Shown in pieces: positions 37,745 through 47,537 of a stretch of 64,000 nucleotides of DNA. Numbering within the stretch: position 1 is the stretch's first letter; every line of letters begins with the position of its first letter. The notes beneath the pieces were generated by a model, which saw nothing but the letters and a program-made list of their open reading frames with translations, had not been told where the DNA came from and ran no database searches. This stretch comes from Usitatibacteraceae bacterium (GTDB taxonomy: Bacteria > Pseudomonadota > Gammaproteobacteria > Burkholderiales > Usitatibacteraceae): assembly GCA_038901695.1 (NCBI GenBank), contig JBCKPN010000001.1:1105-65104 (forward strand), read 5' to 3'. Made by a program: the position numbers and the translations under genes.

Positions 37745-38584
37745 TTAATAGTGACGGGGCGCTTCGCGCTTGATGCCAAGTCCCATGTCCGCCGGAGCGT
37801 CTCGCAACAGTTCCATAGAGTGTCTTTTCTGTTGTTCGGGATCGTCACGGGTCAGCGTCGGCAAATTATCGACCGTACCATTTGCCTTGGATACCCTTTT
37901 CTCGAAGGCCGCTGCGGGCTTGAAGAACATGTGCGCAAACTTGGACCAGGGCACCGATCCGAACAACACCGTGGTGGCGATGATGTACAGGCCGAAGAAC
38001 ACGTCGGCGCCGGCGTTGCCCTTCGCTTGCAGGAAAGCCCAGATCAGCCCCAGCGTGACGCTGGCCAGCAGCGAAAGGATGAACAGATCCGCGCGCATTA
38101 GCCGAAACGGCGATTTGCCCTCGGCGGCGACATCGACGCGGATGAAGAACCAGAACCAGTATCCGCCGACGCAGATCATCAGCCCGCCGATCCACCACAG
38201 TTGCGGCAGTATGGTGGGCGTAGCCGTCGCGGTCGTCGGATAGCAGAAAATCATGAGTGCTGTGGTGACCACATAGATCACGAACCCATACATAGTCAGC
38301 AGATGGGCAATCCGGCGCCGTGCGTTGCAGAACTCCCCGGACAGCAACACATCGACCAGACCAGTCTTGACGGCAATCGACACCATTTCGCCGCCATCGA
38401 CCTCTTTCACGCCTTTGCTTCTGGACTTGCGCCAGTTTTCGAAAAAATACTTGGCACTGCCCTTGTGGATAGTGTCGAACAGAGTCCCTGCCGCAACCAG
38501 CAGGATCATGACAATGACAAAAGTCTGCATGACTGCGGACGGTACGGACGCCGAAAGTTCGGCAAACGGATTAACGTTAATCAT
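37745..38584 (-). CDS. aprM: AprM-like membrane anchor (NarI/HdrE/DsrM-related)
   Basis: It is a polytopic membrane protein directly upstream of aprBA. It has a conserved His-containing helix (ARRRIAHLLTMYGF). The start is placed at MINVNPF. Confidence 0.6.
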   Translation of the reverse strand: MINVNPFAELSASVPSAVMQTFVIVMILLVAAGTLFDTIHKGSAKYFFENWRKSRSKGVKEVDGGEMVSIAVKTGLVDVLLSGEFCNARRRIAHLLTMYGFVIYVVTTALMIFCYPTTATATPTILPQLWWIGGLMICVGGYWFWFFIRVDVAAEGKSPFRLMRADLFILSLLASVTLGLIWAFLQAKGNAGADVFFGLYIIATTVLFGSVPWSKFAHMFFKPAAAFEKRVSKANGTVDNLPTLTRDDPEQQKRHSMELLRDAPADMGLGIKREAPRHY

Positions 38585-38741
38585 CAAACCCCCATTTTTT
38601 ACTGCGGTAATTTTAACCCAGATAGGGCACATCTAAAAGTTCAGTGCATTTTTGATAAATTCTGGTACACGGAGATTAAGCCTGTGCGGCCATAGAAAAA
38701 ACTTGGTGCGGCATCGGGTACAATGCGCGCCGAGGTGTCGA

Positions 38742-39266
38742 TTGAAAATATGCATTGTTTCTGACAGTCACGATCATCGTGAACCCTTTGCCATGGCCGT
38801 CGCCGAAGCCAAAGGGCTCGGTGCACAAGCCGTACTGCATTGCGGCGATTTAATAGCACCGTCCACATTGCATGCCGTCGTCGGACTGGGGCTGCCGATC
38901 CACTTGGTTCATGGCAACAATACGGGTGATCTGTACTTCCTGTCCAAATGGGCGCACGAACCCAAGAACCGCCTGCACTACTACGGCCAAGACGGTTCGC
39001 TGGTGCTGGCTGAGCGGCGAATCTTCATCGTGCACTACCCGCATTACGCAAAAGCCATGGCGCTCACCGGCGACTATGACCTAGTCTGCAACGGTCATGA
39101 GCACCGCGCCGTCATTGAGCGAATCCGGAATATCAAGGGCGGCGATACGTTGCGCATCGATCCCGGCACCGTCGCCGGCGTGAGCGCGCCCGCAACCTAC
39201 GTATTCGGCGACCTGCAGACCCTAGAATTCGAGATCCGGCCGGTTCCCACGCCAATGAAAAATTAA
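38742..39266 (+). CDS. metallophosphoesterase (YfcE/MJ0936 family)
   Basis: The motifs KICIVSDSHD, HCGDL and VHGNNTGD ... NGHEH are present. The start is uncertain, either TTG at 38742 or ATG at 38652. Confidence 0.7.
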   Translation: MKICIVSDSHDHREPFAMAVAEAKGLGAQAVLHCGDLIAPSTLHAVVGLGLPIHLVHGNNTGDLYFLSKWAHEPKNRLHYYGQDGSLVLAERRIFIVHYPHYAKAMALTGDYDLVCNGHEHRAVIERIRNIKGGDTLRIDPGTVAGVSAPATYVFGDLQTLEFEIRPVPTPMKN

Positions 39267-39364
39267 TAATTATTAAATTAAAACAATTAGTTATGATGTA
39301 ACCCGCGCATCGAGGGTACATGCTCTACCATGTTCCGCTGAACGAGTAACTTCCAAGTCTTGTC

Positions 39365-40870
39365 TGTCAACGCAAAGCAGTAATGTCCGCTGTTGCACTG
39401 TGATGCAGCGGATAAGGCATCGCAGTTTGGTTTAGTGTTGCTGTTGCTGGCAGGAGCGCGTCGTGAAAGGCGCAGGGCGTTAGCCCGACGCCTGAAACGA
39501 CGCTTTCCTGCCAGCGGCGTCCCTTTTTGGAGCCGGGTCGGGGTCTTGCCAGCGCGCCCACGGATGTTCGGCTGCAGGCTTGTGGCCGCGGCGCTGGCGG
39601 CTGAGGTCGTCAAGTCTCACGTCCAGATACTTGCGCCCGATGACGATCGCCGCTTTGGGCTGCTTTTCCACCACCGTGTAGGGCAATACCGCACCCTGTC
39701 GACGCACCTCTATGCGCCCGTCAAAGTGCCAGTGAATCTGCACCTTCATCCCGCGCAGCCCGCGCCCACTCCCCGATGGGTTCAATTGCAGCAGTTGACC
39801 TTCAACGCTACACGTCAAATTCTTCGACAGTCGGCGATCTTCCTGAATCGACAAAATCGCCGTCAACGTCTCTACGCTGTCGGTATAGGCGACATGTCCA
39901 TTCTCGGGTTCACGCGGCACGCAACCAAAGCGACCATTGTATTTTGCGGTGTAGTCACGAAGCATCGCATTGCCCTGCTCAGGCGTGTTGATGCCCATCA
40001 GACGCAATTCTTTGACGAGCCGATCCTGTAGCGTCTGATTGACGCGCTCGACGCGCCCCTTGGCCTGCGGCGAGTTGGCGCAGATCAATTCAATGCCCAG
40101 TGCCGATACCGCCCGGCCAAATTGCGTTTCACTGTCCACGTCCTTCGCGTTGACCCGAAATACGCTGTGCTTGTCGCTGTAGAGCGCCATCGGCAACCGT
40201 GCGTGTCGATGTAGCGGCTCAGCGCTTGCATGTAGCTCAACGTGCTTTCCGAGGGAACAAAGGCGAGGTGCATCAGTTGCCCGGTGGCGTCGTCGATGAA
40301 GACAAGGAGGGTACAGGCGGGTTGTGCTTCACCAAACCAGTGGTGCGGTGATCCGTCGATCTGACTCAGTTCGCCGTAGCGTGCCCGTCGCTGACGCTGC
40401 GGATGCAGCACCACTTTTTTGCCTCGCTTGGCCGTCCACAGTCCCTCTAGGATCATGAGTTGCCGCACGCTTTCTATCGAGACATTGATCGCATGTTGTT
40501 CGCCCAGCTTCTCCTGTACCAGCGTGGGACCAAAGCCTTGGTAGTGTTGCGCCACCAAGCCGCTCACGCTGCGCCTGAGCTCCTCGGCCATGCGGTTTCT
40601 GGCGGGCAGCCCTTTGCGTTTGCTGACCAGCCCGCCAATGCCTTCTGTGCCGTAGCGTTTCCGGATTCGCCGCAGCTGTCTCTCGGTCACCCCCAGCCGC
40701 CTCGCGCCCTCCGCGTGGCTCACCGTTCGATCCTCTACCCGCAGCACGATTTCTAACCGCTTTGCTTCCTTTGCCCCCACCTTCACCTCCATCGCAGCAT
40801 CCCCGCTTGATTTGCCAAATGCGGACATTACTGCTTTGGAGAAACCGGACATTACTGCTTTGCGTTGACA
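39365..40870 (-). mobile_element. insertion sequence with perfect 25-bp terminal inverted repeats
   Basis: tgtcaacgcaaagcagtaatgtccg (39365-39389) is the exact reverse complement of 40846-40870. A second, internal copy of most of the repeat lies at 40822-40838. Confidence 0.85.
39480..40792 (-). pseudogene. DDE (rve-type) transposase split by a frameshift
   Basis: The N-terminal ORF (40085-40792) carries an HTH (RLGVTERQLRRIRKRYGTEGIGGLVSKRKGLPARN) and the start of the catalytic core. It ends ...YIDTHG, then runs out of frame. The second ORF (39480-40196) resumes with PMALYSDKHSVFRVN...ANSPQAKGRVER. The junction is at about 40190-40200. Confidence 0.75.
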
Positions 40871-41031
40871 ATAATGCACCTTCTTAATAGCAGCAATTCT
40901 GGAAATGATAAATTACGACTTCATTGGGTGGAACGCACGCACGCGCAATTTGATTGCCAAGACGCCCTCCGGCGACAGCGGGCGCTTTCACGGTTCTGGG
41001 ATTGTGACGCAGCAGATTCGAAGGATGCACC

Positions 41032-42246
41032 GTGAAAATTCTGGAGCGTGGCGTGACTGACTGCGCTGACATTAAACATCGTGCGGGGGGGGAAGACGTC
41101 GGGGAAGCGCTGGCCGAGATTACCGCGAGCCTCTCGGCAGAGGCTGATGTCGACACCGTGCTGGCGCGATTTCTTGGCGCAATCGTCAAGCTCACTGGTG
41201 CGGATGCTGCTGCTGTTCAGATGCTAACCGAAGATGGACTGCGGCTGCGTGTGACCGCTTCAATCGGTCTGCCGGCGGAAGTATTGAAACGAGAACAATC
41301 CGTCAGCGCGACTTGCGGCGTCTGCGGCGAAGCGGTTCAGAAAATCTTCGCGCATGACAGCAAGGAGTTGTTGGCCGACTGCAATGGCTGCTGTCGCTTT
41401 TTCGGGCTCGGCTTTCACAATGCGGTTGCGATTCCAATCCCGTTTCAGGGCAAAGTGCTCGGAATATACAGCCTGTTTTTGGCAGAAGGCCAGACGATCC
41501 CGGACACCGTGTGGAATCTTCTGCGCTCGATCGGTGAACTGCTCGGCATGGCGTTTCAAAACGCGAGACTGATGGCTGAGAACCTGCGGGTGGGTTTGCT
41601 TCGGGAGCGCCAATCGATCGCAAGTGATGTTCACGATTCACTGGCGCAGACACTTTCGTACATGAAAATGCGCATGAGCTTGTTGCAGGACGCATTGCGG
41701 CAAAATGATTCTGCGCAATCGCAGCAATACGCACTAGAAATCAACGAGACCCTCGGCAGCGCCTACTCGAGTCTCAGGCAGTTGCTCACAAATTTTCGCA
41801 ATCCGGTCGATCCCGAAGGTTTGTTGTTTGCGCTGCAACAAGTGAAAGTGAAGTTTTGTCGAACGACCGGAATACGCGTAGATCTCACGAATAATGCGTC
41901 AGACTTGAATCTCTGTGCGGATCAGGCGTCCCAAGTGTTTTATATCGTGCAGGAGGCGCTGAATAACATCGCCAAACACGCCAATGCAACCTGCGTCAAG
42001 CTGACGCTGGACAGGAAAGATGGATGGGTCGAAATCTGCGTCGAGGACAATGGCGCAGGGATGTCGGCAAACGGCACTCCGGCGAATGCGGGCGATGCGG
42101 AGACCGCACACCTTGGACTCGATATCATGAGGGAACGGGCTCGCCATCTGCGAGGGCAACTTAAAATCGAAAGTGCCAGCGGGCGCGGTACCCGCGTACA
42201 CTTAAGGTTTCGCGGTACCTTTGCGACGGACAAGGATTTGGCATGA
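41032..42246 (+). CDS. GAF-domain sensor histidine kinase (HisKA_3/NarX-type), cytoplasmic
   Basis: It has a GAF-like N-terminus with five cysteines (CGVCGE ... CNGCC). The H-box is SDVHDSLAQTLSYMKM and the ATPase N-box is QEALNNIAKHANA. No TM helix is present. The start is GTG. Confidence 0.8.
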   Translation: MKILERGVTDCADIKHRAGGEDVGEALAEITASLSAEADVDTVLARFLGAIVKLTGADAAAVQMLTEDGLRLRVTASIGLPAEVLKREQSVSATCGVCGEAVQKIFAHDSKELLADCNGCCRFFGLGFHNAVAIPIPFQGKVLGIYSLFLAEGQTIPDTVWNLLRSIGELLGMAFQNARLMAENLRVGLLRERQSIASDVHDSLAQTLSYMKMRMSLLQDALRQNDSAQSQQYALEINETLGSAYSSLRQLLTNFRNPVDPEGLLFALQQVKVKFCRTTGIRVDLTNNASDLNLCADQASQVFYIVQEALNNIAKHANATCVKLTLDRKDGWVEICVEDNGAGMSANGTPANAGDAETAHLGLDIMRERARHLRGQLKIESASGRGTRVHLRFRGTFATDKDLA

Positions 42247-42908
42247 ATGCCCCCATACGAGTCGTACTAATCGACGACCATGCGTTATGCCGTAAGGGCT
42301 TATCGGAGATGTTGGAGAAGCGCGCGGGAATGCAAGTGGTCGGGCTGACGGCCAGTCCGGATGAAGCGCTCAGCATGCTAATGGAGCTTAAGCCCGATCT
42401 GGCGGTCATGGATTTGCGCATGCCCCAGATGGATGGACTCAGCCTGCTCCGCCGTTTTAGAACGGAGGGCTGCAATACACCGGTGCTGATTCTGACTGTG
42501 AGTGATGCGCAGGAAGATCTGGCCAATGCATTGGCTGCTGGCGCAAGGGGGTATCTGCTGAAGGACATGGAGCCGGACGATGTGGTTGAGGCGATCCAGC
42601 GGGCAGCGAAGGGCGAGTTGGTGCTGGCACCTGCCATGACGGTGAAGCTGGCACGCATGTTGCAAGTTGCGCAAAAAGGTTGCGGTACCGACGACTTGTT
42701 TAATCTGTTAACTGAACGCGAGCGGGAAATTCTTGAACATCTTGCGCACGGAAAAACAAACAAGGCGATTGCGAAGGAACTCGGCATTAGCAACGATACC
42801 GTCAAGCTGCATGTGAGCCGCATTCTCGCGAAGCTGCATTTGACATCAAGAGTGGAAGCCGCTGTATTTGCGGTTGAACATCGAGCCAATCCCACGCGTT
42901 CGATGTAA
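42243..42908 (+). CDS. NarL/LuxR-family response regulator
   Basis: The receiver domain shows VVLIDDH and DLRMPQMDG. The LuxR HTH reads LTEREREILEHLAHGKTNKAIAKELGISNDTVKLHVSRIL. Its ATG overlaps the kinase stop. Confidence 0.88.
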   Translation: MNAPIRVVLIDDHALCRKGLSEMLEKRAGMQVVGLTASPDEALSMLMELKPDLAVMDLRMPQMDGLSLLRRFRTEGCNTPVLILTVSDAQEDLANALAAGARGYLLKDMEPDDVVEAIQRAAKGELVLAPAMTVKLARMLQVAQKGCGTDDLFNLLTEREREILEHLAHGKTNKAIAKELGISNDTVKLHVSRILAKLHLTSRVEAAVFAVEHRANPTRSM

Positions 42909-42922
42909 CTTGGCGAGTCTTT

Positions 42923-44356
42923 TCAATTAGAGGCAAACGCGCCGGCTGGCTCATCTGCCGCATGTGAACCGCCGCCCGGCTCGTACCATGCAAGCTTCTC
43001 GTGCAGTTTGACCACTTCGCCCACAATAATGAGTGTCGGCGGCTTAAGTTTTGCGGCGGCAGCGAGCGCGGGCAGGGTCTGCAACGTTCCGGTTATCACC
43101 CGTTGGTGTTCGGTGGTGCCTTGTTGAACGATGGCGATCGGTGTCGACGCGGGTAGGCCGTGTGCGACCAGTTCGCGACATACTACCGGCAGACCCATCA
43201 AGCCCATGTAAACCACCACGGTTTGCCGTGGTTGTGCGAGAGCTTTCCAGTTCAGATCCATGCTGCCATCTTTGAGATGGCCGGCCACAAACACGCACGA
43301 TTGCGAGTAATCCCGATGAGTCAAGGGGATACCTGCGTAGGCCGCAACGCCACTCGCCGCCGTGATTCCCGGAACGACTTGGAAGGGGATTCCGAAGCTG
43401 GATAAGGCTTCGATTTCTTCTCCGCCCCGTCCAAAAATGAACGGATCTCCACCCTTGAGTCTTAGAACGCGTTTTCCTTCCTGCGCCAGTCGCACCAGCA
43501 AGTCATTGATTTCCTCTTGTGCGAGCGCATGATTTTCCCGTTGCTTGCCAACATAGATAAGCTCTGCGTCGCGTCGGACCAAATCGAGAATGGCTGGCGT
43601 GACTAGGTTATCGTGCAGTACGACGTCGGCCTGTTGCATTAGCCGGAGTGCGCGCAATGTGAGCAGATCAGGGTTGCCGGGGCCAGCACCGACCAAATAC
43701 ACCTCGCCCTGCGGCGCACTATTGGGCTCTGCCCGAAGCGCCTCGTTGAGATACTTTCTAGCGGCGCCGTCTTGACCGGCGAAAACCATCTCGGCAAATG
43801 GTCCGCGCAAGGTGGTTTCCCAAAAGATACGACGCTTTTCCGTGTGCGTAAAATGCGCCTTCACTCGACTGCGGAATTCCTCGGCCAGCGCCGCAAGGCG
43901 GCCATAGGCGGCAGGAATCATGGTTTCCAGCCGTTCACGTAGCTGACGCGCCAGCACCGGCGAAGCGCCCCCCGTGGAAACGGCGACCACCACCGGCGAG
44001 CGGTCAACGATTGACGGAAGGATGAACGAGCATAACGCCGGGGTATCCACCACATTGACCGGCAGCCGCGCCTGTCTTGCCGCCGTAGCCACCTCGCGGT
44101 TCACCTGATTGTCATCAGTCGCGGCGATGACCAATTCCATATCTTGCAAGTGTTGCGGCGCAAAACGTTCGGCCAGGTGGGTGATGCCGCCAAGCCGCAT
44201 GCTTAAGCGCAACTTATCATCAATCTCCGGCGATACCACCGTGACAAGCGCACCACATTTACGCAGTAAATCAATCTTGCGCGCCGCCACCTCACCACCG
44301 CCAACGACTAAACAGTGTCGGTCCTTAATCTTCACAAATATCGGTAAGAAATCCAC
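42923..44356 (-). CDS. cysG: siroheme synthase (multifunctional CysG)
   Basis: The N-terminal dehydrogenase/chelatase fold is LVVGGGEVAARK. The SUMT domain shows VYLVGAGPGNPDLLTLRA and LKGGDPFIFGRGGEE. Confidence 0.92.
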   Translation of the reverse strand: MDFLPIFVKIKDRHCLVVGGGEVAARKIDLLRKCGALVTVVSPEIDDKLRLSMRLGGITHLAERFAPQHLQDMELVIAATDDNQVNREVATAARQARLPVNVVDTPALCSFILPSIVDRSPVVVAVSTGGASPVLARQLRERLETMIPAAYGRLAALAEEFRSRVKAHFTHTEKRRIFWETTLRGPFAEMVFAGQDGAARKYLNEALRAEPNSAPQGEVYLVGAGPGNPDLLTLRALRLMQQADVVLHDNLVTPAILDLVRRDAELIYVGKQRENHALAQEEINDLLVRLAQEGKRVLRLKGGDPFIFGRGGEEIEALSSFGIPFQVVPGITAASGVAAYAGIPLTHRDYSQSCVFVAGHLKDGSMDLNWKALAQPRQTVVVYMGLMGLPVVCRELVAHGLPASTPIAIVQQGTTEHQRVITGTLQTLPALAAAAKLKPPTLIIVGEVVKLHEKLAWYEPGGGSHAADEPAGAFASN

Positions 44357-44408
44357 GCTTTAGGCCTGATGAAGATTGATTTGCGGGGCGCCCAACGTCA
44401 TCCAGCGC

Positions 44409-44774
44409 CTACTCGTTAGGGACGTCTGACTGCTTGCTGGCGGACACTCTATTGGTTGGGTCAGATGTTTGCCCGGCAGACGCGGCCGCATCGTTCGGGT
44501 TGATGAAAATGAACTCGAACGTACCAGGGGTAAGTTCGACATAGTCAACCACCAAGCCCTCAAGTAGCGATTTGCTGTGCGGTGAAACCAGCACCGTCAA
44601 ACCTTCGGTAAATATCTCGATGTCGTTGGCACGTTCGGCGTCGAAGCCCATGCCATACTCGATCGAGCCATCGGGCGCCCGCTTGGCCGCGACGCGTAAC
44701 CCCATTTTGTCAGCGCCACTCGACGCGGTCGCATTACGTATTTGTTGCGCCGCTTCTTTTGTCACTTTTAGCAT
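44409..44774 (-). CDS. dsrR: DsrR, IscA/HesB-like protein lacking the Fe-S ligand cysteines
   Basis: The A-type carrier fold is present (MLKVTKEAAQQIRN...GLRVAAKRAPDGSIEYGMGFD) but it has no cysteines. It sits directly after dsrN. Confidence 0.75.
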   Translation of the reverse strand: MLKVTKEAAQQIRNATASSGADKMGLRVAAKRAPDGSIEYGMGFDAERANDIEIFTEGLTVLVSPHSKSLLEGLVVDYVELTPGTFEFIFINPNDAAASAGQTSDPTNRVSASKQSDVPNE

Positions 44775-44777
44775 TGG

Positions 44778-46265
44778 TCAGTCCCCAAGGCGCGAGCCAT
44801 CTATCGCGCCGGTTGTGTGTTTATCGGCTGTCACTGCTCGTACTGTTGCCTGGGTGTCGGTAGCTTGTTCTGCTTGAGAACGTATGGTGTCGCGCACAAA
44901 CGCCACAAAACGCGCGACCCAGTTATTCGACCTGCCGTTGCGAAGGTGCGCATAGGACGCCATTACGTTGCGAAATACGATTCCGTCATGTTTGCCATCG
45001 ACACCATGGCCGCGCTGGACGCCGTAGGCGAACTTTACTTCAGGCGAAAGGTTTTCCAGCGTGGAATAGTGAAATTCGTGAGCATACAGATCCGCGGATT
45101 CGCCCGCAGTCTGGCTATCAGCGTGCTGCCACAGAGCATTGTTTGTTTCCCGCAGTCGTACATAGCCACGTCCAACCGGCTTGTCACGCATCACAACGTC
45201 GCCTTGCAGTGCGCCTACCATTTGTGCGGTTCGACCTTGCCAAGAAAGCGTGCTGGCGAGATACATCAGGCCGCCGCATTCAGCATAGACCGGCAATCCC
45301 GCGTCGATGGAGTGGCGAATATCCTCACGCAGAGAAACATTAGCCTCCAGCTCGGCAAGAAAAACTTCCGGGAAACCTCCGCCGATGAATACGCCGTCGA
45401 CAGCAGGCAATCGCTGATCCGACAGCGTATCAAAGGGGATCAAATCCGCCCCCGCCGCGGAAAATGCGTCGAGATCATCAGCGTAATAAAAACCGAACGC
45501 CTTGTCTCGAGCAATGCCAATGCGAATTTGGCACTCCTGCTTGTTTGCGATGATCGCCGGAGCTGCCTGCGGAGCAAGCGGAGTCACATTGGCGGCGGCC
45601 ACGACGAGACGGTCAAGATCTACCTGATCGGCAATCATGTTCGCGATAATCGCGATTCGTTGCCGTTCATCGTCCAATTCGCGGCCAGGCGTCAGCCCGA
45701 GGTGACGCTCGATCAAACATAGTTTGGAGTCACTCTGCACAGCGCCCAGCACCGGCACATCGGTGTAGTGTTCGATCACCGCCCGCAATTTTTCCTCGTG
45801 GCGTGAGCCGCCAACGTTGTTTAGGATCACCCCGGCGATCCGCACCTTGCTGTCAAATGCCTGATAGCCAAGAATCAGCGGTGCCGCACCGCGCGTCATG
45901 CCGCGCGTGTCGAGCACCAGCACCACCGGAAGCGCCAAAAGGTGAGCTAACGCAGCATTACTGTTGCTGCCATCGAGTGCGAGACCGTCGTACAAACCCT
46001 TGTTTCCTTCCACCAGACTGATGTCCGCGGTAGCTGCGTGGCGACTGAAAAGCGCAGTAATCTCGTCGTGCGCCATCATATAAGGATCAAGGTTGTAGCA
46101 GGGGCGGCCACATGCCGCGCTTAGCCACATGGGGTCGATGTAATCGGGACCTTTCTTGAATGGCTGCACGATCATTCCGCGTCGCTGCAGCGCTGCCCCC
46201 AGACCGACGCTGATGGTGGTCTTGCCGGAGGACTTGTGTGCCGCTGAAATGAGCAGACGAGACAT
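44778..46265 (-). CDS. dsrN: DsrN, cobyrinic acid a,c-diamide synthase-like (siroheme amidase)
   Basis: It has a CobB/CbiA-type N-terminus (LLISAAHKSSGKTTISVGL) and a glutamine amidotransferase-like C-terminal domain with YAECGGLMYL. Confidence 0.88.
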   Translation of the reverse strand: MSRLLISAAHKSSGKTTISVGLGAALQRRGMIVQPFKKGPDYIDPMWLSAACGRPCYNLDPYMMAHDEITALFSRHAATADISLVEGNKGLYDGLALDGSNSNAALAHLLALPVVLVLDTRGMTRGAAPLILGYQAFDSKVRIAGVILNNVGGSRHEEKLRAVIEHYTDVPVLGAVQSDSKLCLIERHLGLTPGRELDDERQRIAIIANMIADQVDLDRLVVAAANVTPLAPQAAPAIIANKQECQIRIGIARDKAFGFYYADDLDAFSAAGADLIPFDTLSDQRLPAVDGVFIGGGFPEVFLAELEANVSLREDIRHSIDAGLPVYAECGGLMYLASTLSWQGRTAQMVGALQGDVVMRDKPVGRGYVRLRETNNALWQHADSQTAGESADLYAHEFHYSTLENLSPEVKFAYGVQRGHGVDGKHDGIVFRNVMASYAHLRNGRSNNWVARFVAFVRDTIRSQAEQATDTQATVRAVTADKHTTGAIDGSRLGD

Positions 46266-46337
46266 AATCAGGCTGCTGGTAACCGTATGTCGCGCGATTT
46301 GCGTAATTTATTCGTCAACTTGTTCACGCCCACTACC

Positions 46338-47534
46338 CTAATTTCTTGCAACTACATCGTCGCCCAAGCTCGTCGGTAGAAAATCCAATAGCTTCACGCC
46401 CGCCACGACCAAGAGCCCGGCAATCGCGACACCGCCGAGGCCGAGCAATATTTCCGGCATGCTGGGAATGTAGGCGTGGATGAGACCGTCGCCATAGCTG
46501 CTTGATACCTGTGCGCCGGGGAACAACTCTATAGGGTATGCTTGCCCGCCAATGATGGTGACATACATTTGCGCCACGCCTCCAACCAACACCAGCGCGG
46601 CGGCGAAAGCGATGCCCCGGTTAGCCTTGCCAAGGCGAGGATGAAACAAGATTAGCAGCGGTAATACGCTGCCCAACACGACTTGGCCTAGCCAAAACAT
46701 CAGGGTGTAAATGCCGCCATCAAGCAGCGCAAATCGCTCGAAGCCGTGGCTCTTTGTGAAATACAAATTCGTGAGGTGGAAGACGGCGACAAAATAGAGG
46801 GCTGCGCCTATAAATATTGCCAGCAGCTGCTTGAGCCGCAGCATGATTGCTTCGCCGAGCGGACGCTGTGTCCAGCGACACACGGCCATCAACACCAACA
46901 AGTAGATGGCAAGCCCGTAGGAAAGCGAGAGGGCAATGAACATGGGGGCGAGCAATGCTGACCCATAGGCCTCACGCCCCACCAGAAACCCGAAGATAGA
47001 CCCAGTGCCGGTCGTTAGCAAAATGCGCCAAACAAAGGCAAATGTGCCTATTGCTTTTGTGTAGGTGCCCATGTGATGTTCCATCATCGACCAAAGATAG
47101 GCGGCGACAATGGCAATAAAGCCGGTGTAAAGAAAAACATTCCACGCAAAAATGGATTTGAAGTTGAAGTGGGTCATCGCCACAATCAGACGATCTGGTC
47201 GTCCTAGGTCGAGCAACAAGATGCACAGACCGCCAATCAATAACGCAATGGCCAGCAGCCCGGACAAGGGCGCCAACGGTTTATAAATTGCTTGACCAAA
47301 CACCGACGCAATCGAGGCCACATTCAGCGCACCTGACGCCGCCACGATCAAAAATACTGCGAACACATGTGGTGTGCCCCAAACAATGTGATTGTTCATG
47401 CCCGTGACGATGTGGCCGAAGTGATCCATGTAATAAGCCGAGCCGAGACCGGCAGTCAACATGACGACCAATAAGGCCAGCAGTCCGTAGTAACGTGCGC
47501 CGCTCTCTTCGACACGTCGAAAAACGATCTCCAT
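46338..47534 (-). CDS. dsrP: DsrP, NrfD/PsrC-like integral membrane subunit
   Basis: It is a ten-helix type membrane protein following dsrO. Confidence 0.85.
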   Translation of the reverse strand: MEIVFRRVEESGARYYGLLALLVVMLTAGLGSAYYMDHFGHIVTGMNNHIVWGTPHVFAVFLIVAASGALNVASIASVFGQAIYKPLAPLSGLLAIALLIGGLCILLLDLGRPDRLIVAMTHFNFKSIFAWNVFLYTGFIAIVAAYLWSMMEHHMGTYTKAIGTFAFVWRILLTTGTGSIFGFLVGREAYGSALLAPMFIALSLSYGLAIYLLVLMAVCRWTQRPLGEAIMLRLKQLLAIFIGAALYFVAVFHLTNLYFTKSHGFERFALLDGGIYTLMFWLGQVVLGSVLPLLILFHPRLGKANRGIAFAAALVLVGGVAQMYVTIIGGQAYPIELFPGAQVSSSYGDGLIHAYIPSMPEILLGLGGVAIAGLLVVAGVKLLDFLPTSLGDDVVARN

Positions 47535-47537
47535 CGC

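Noticed and set aside
39263-39276. Perfect 14-bp AT palindrome TTAATAATTATTAA at the phosphoesterase stop, next to the IS
   Set aside because: It is a single occurrence in an AT-rich spacer. It could be an IS target preference or chance. There is nothing further to support a function.
39393-40031. 212-aa + strand ORF inside the IS
   Set aside because: It is antisense to the transposase C-terminal half, which has clear rve-type sequence.
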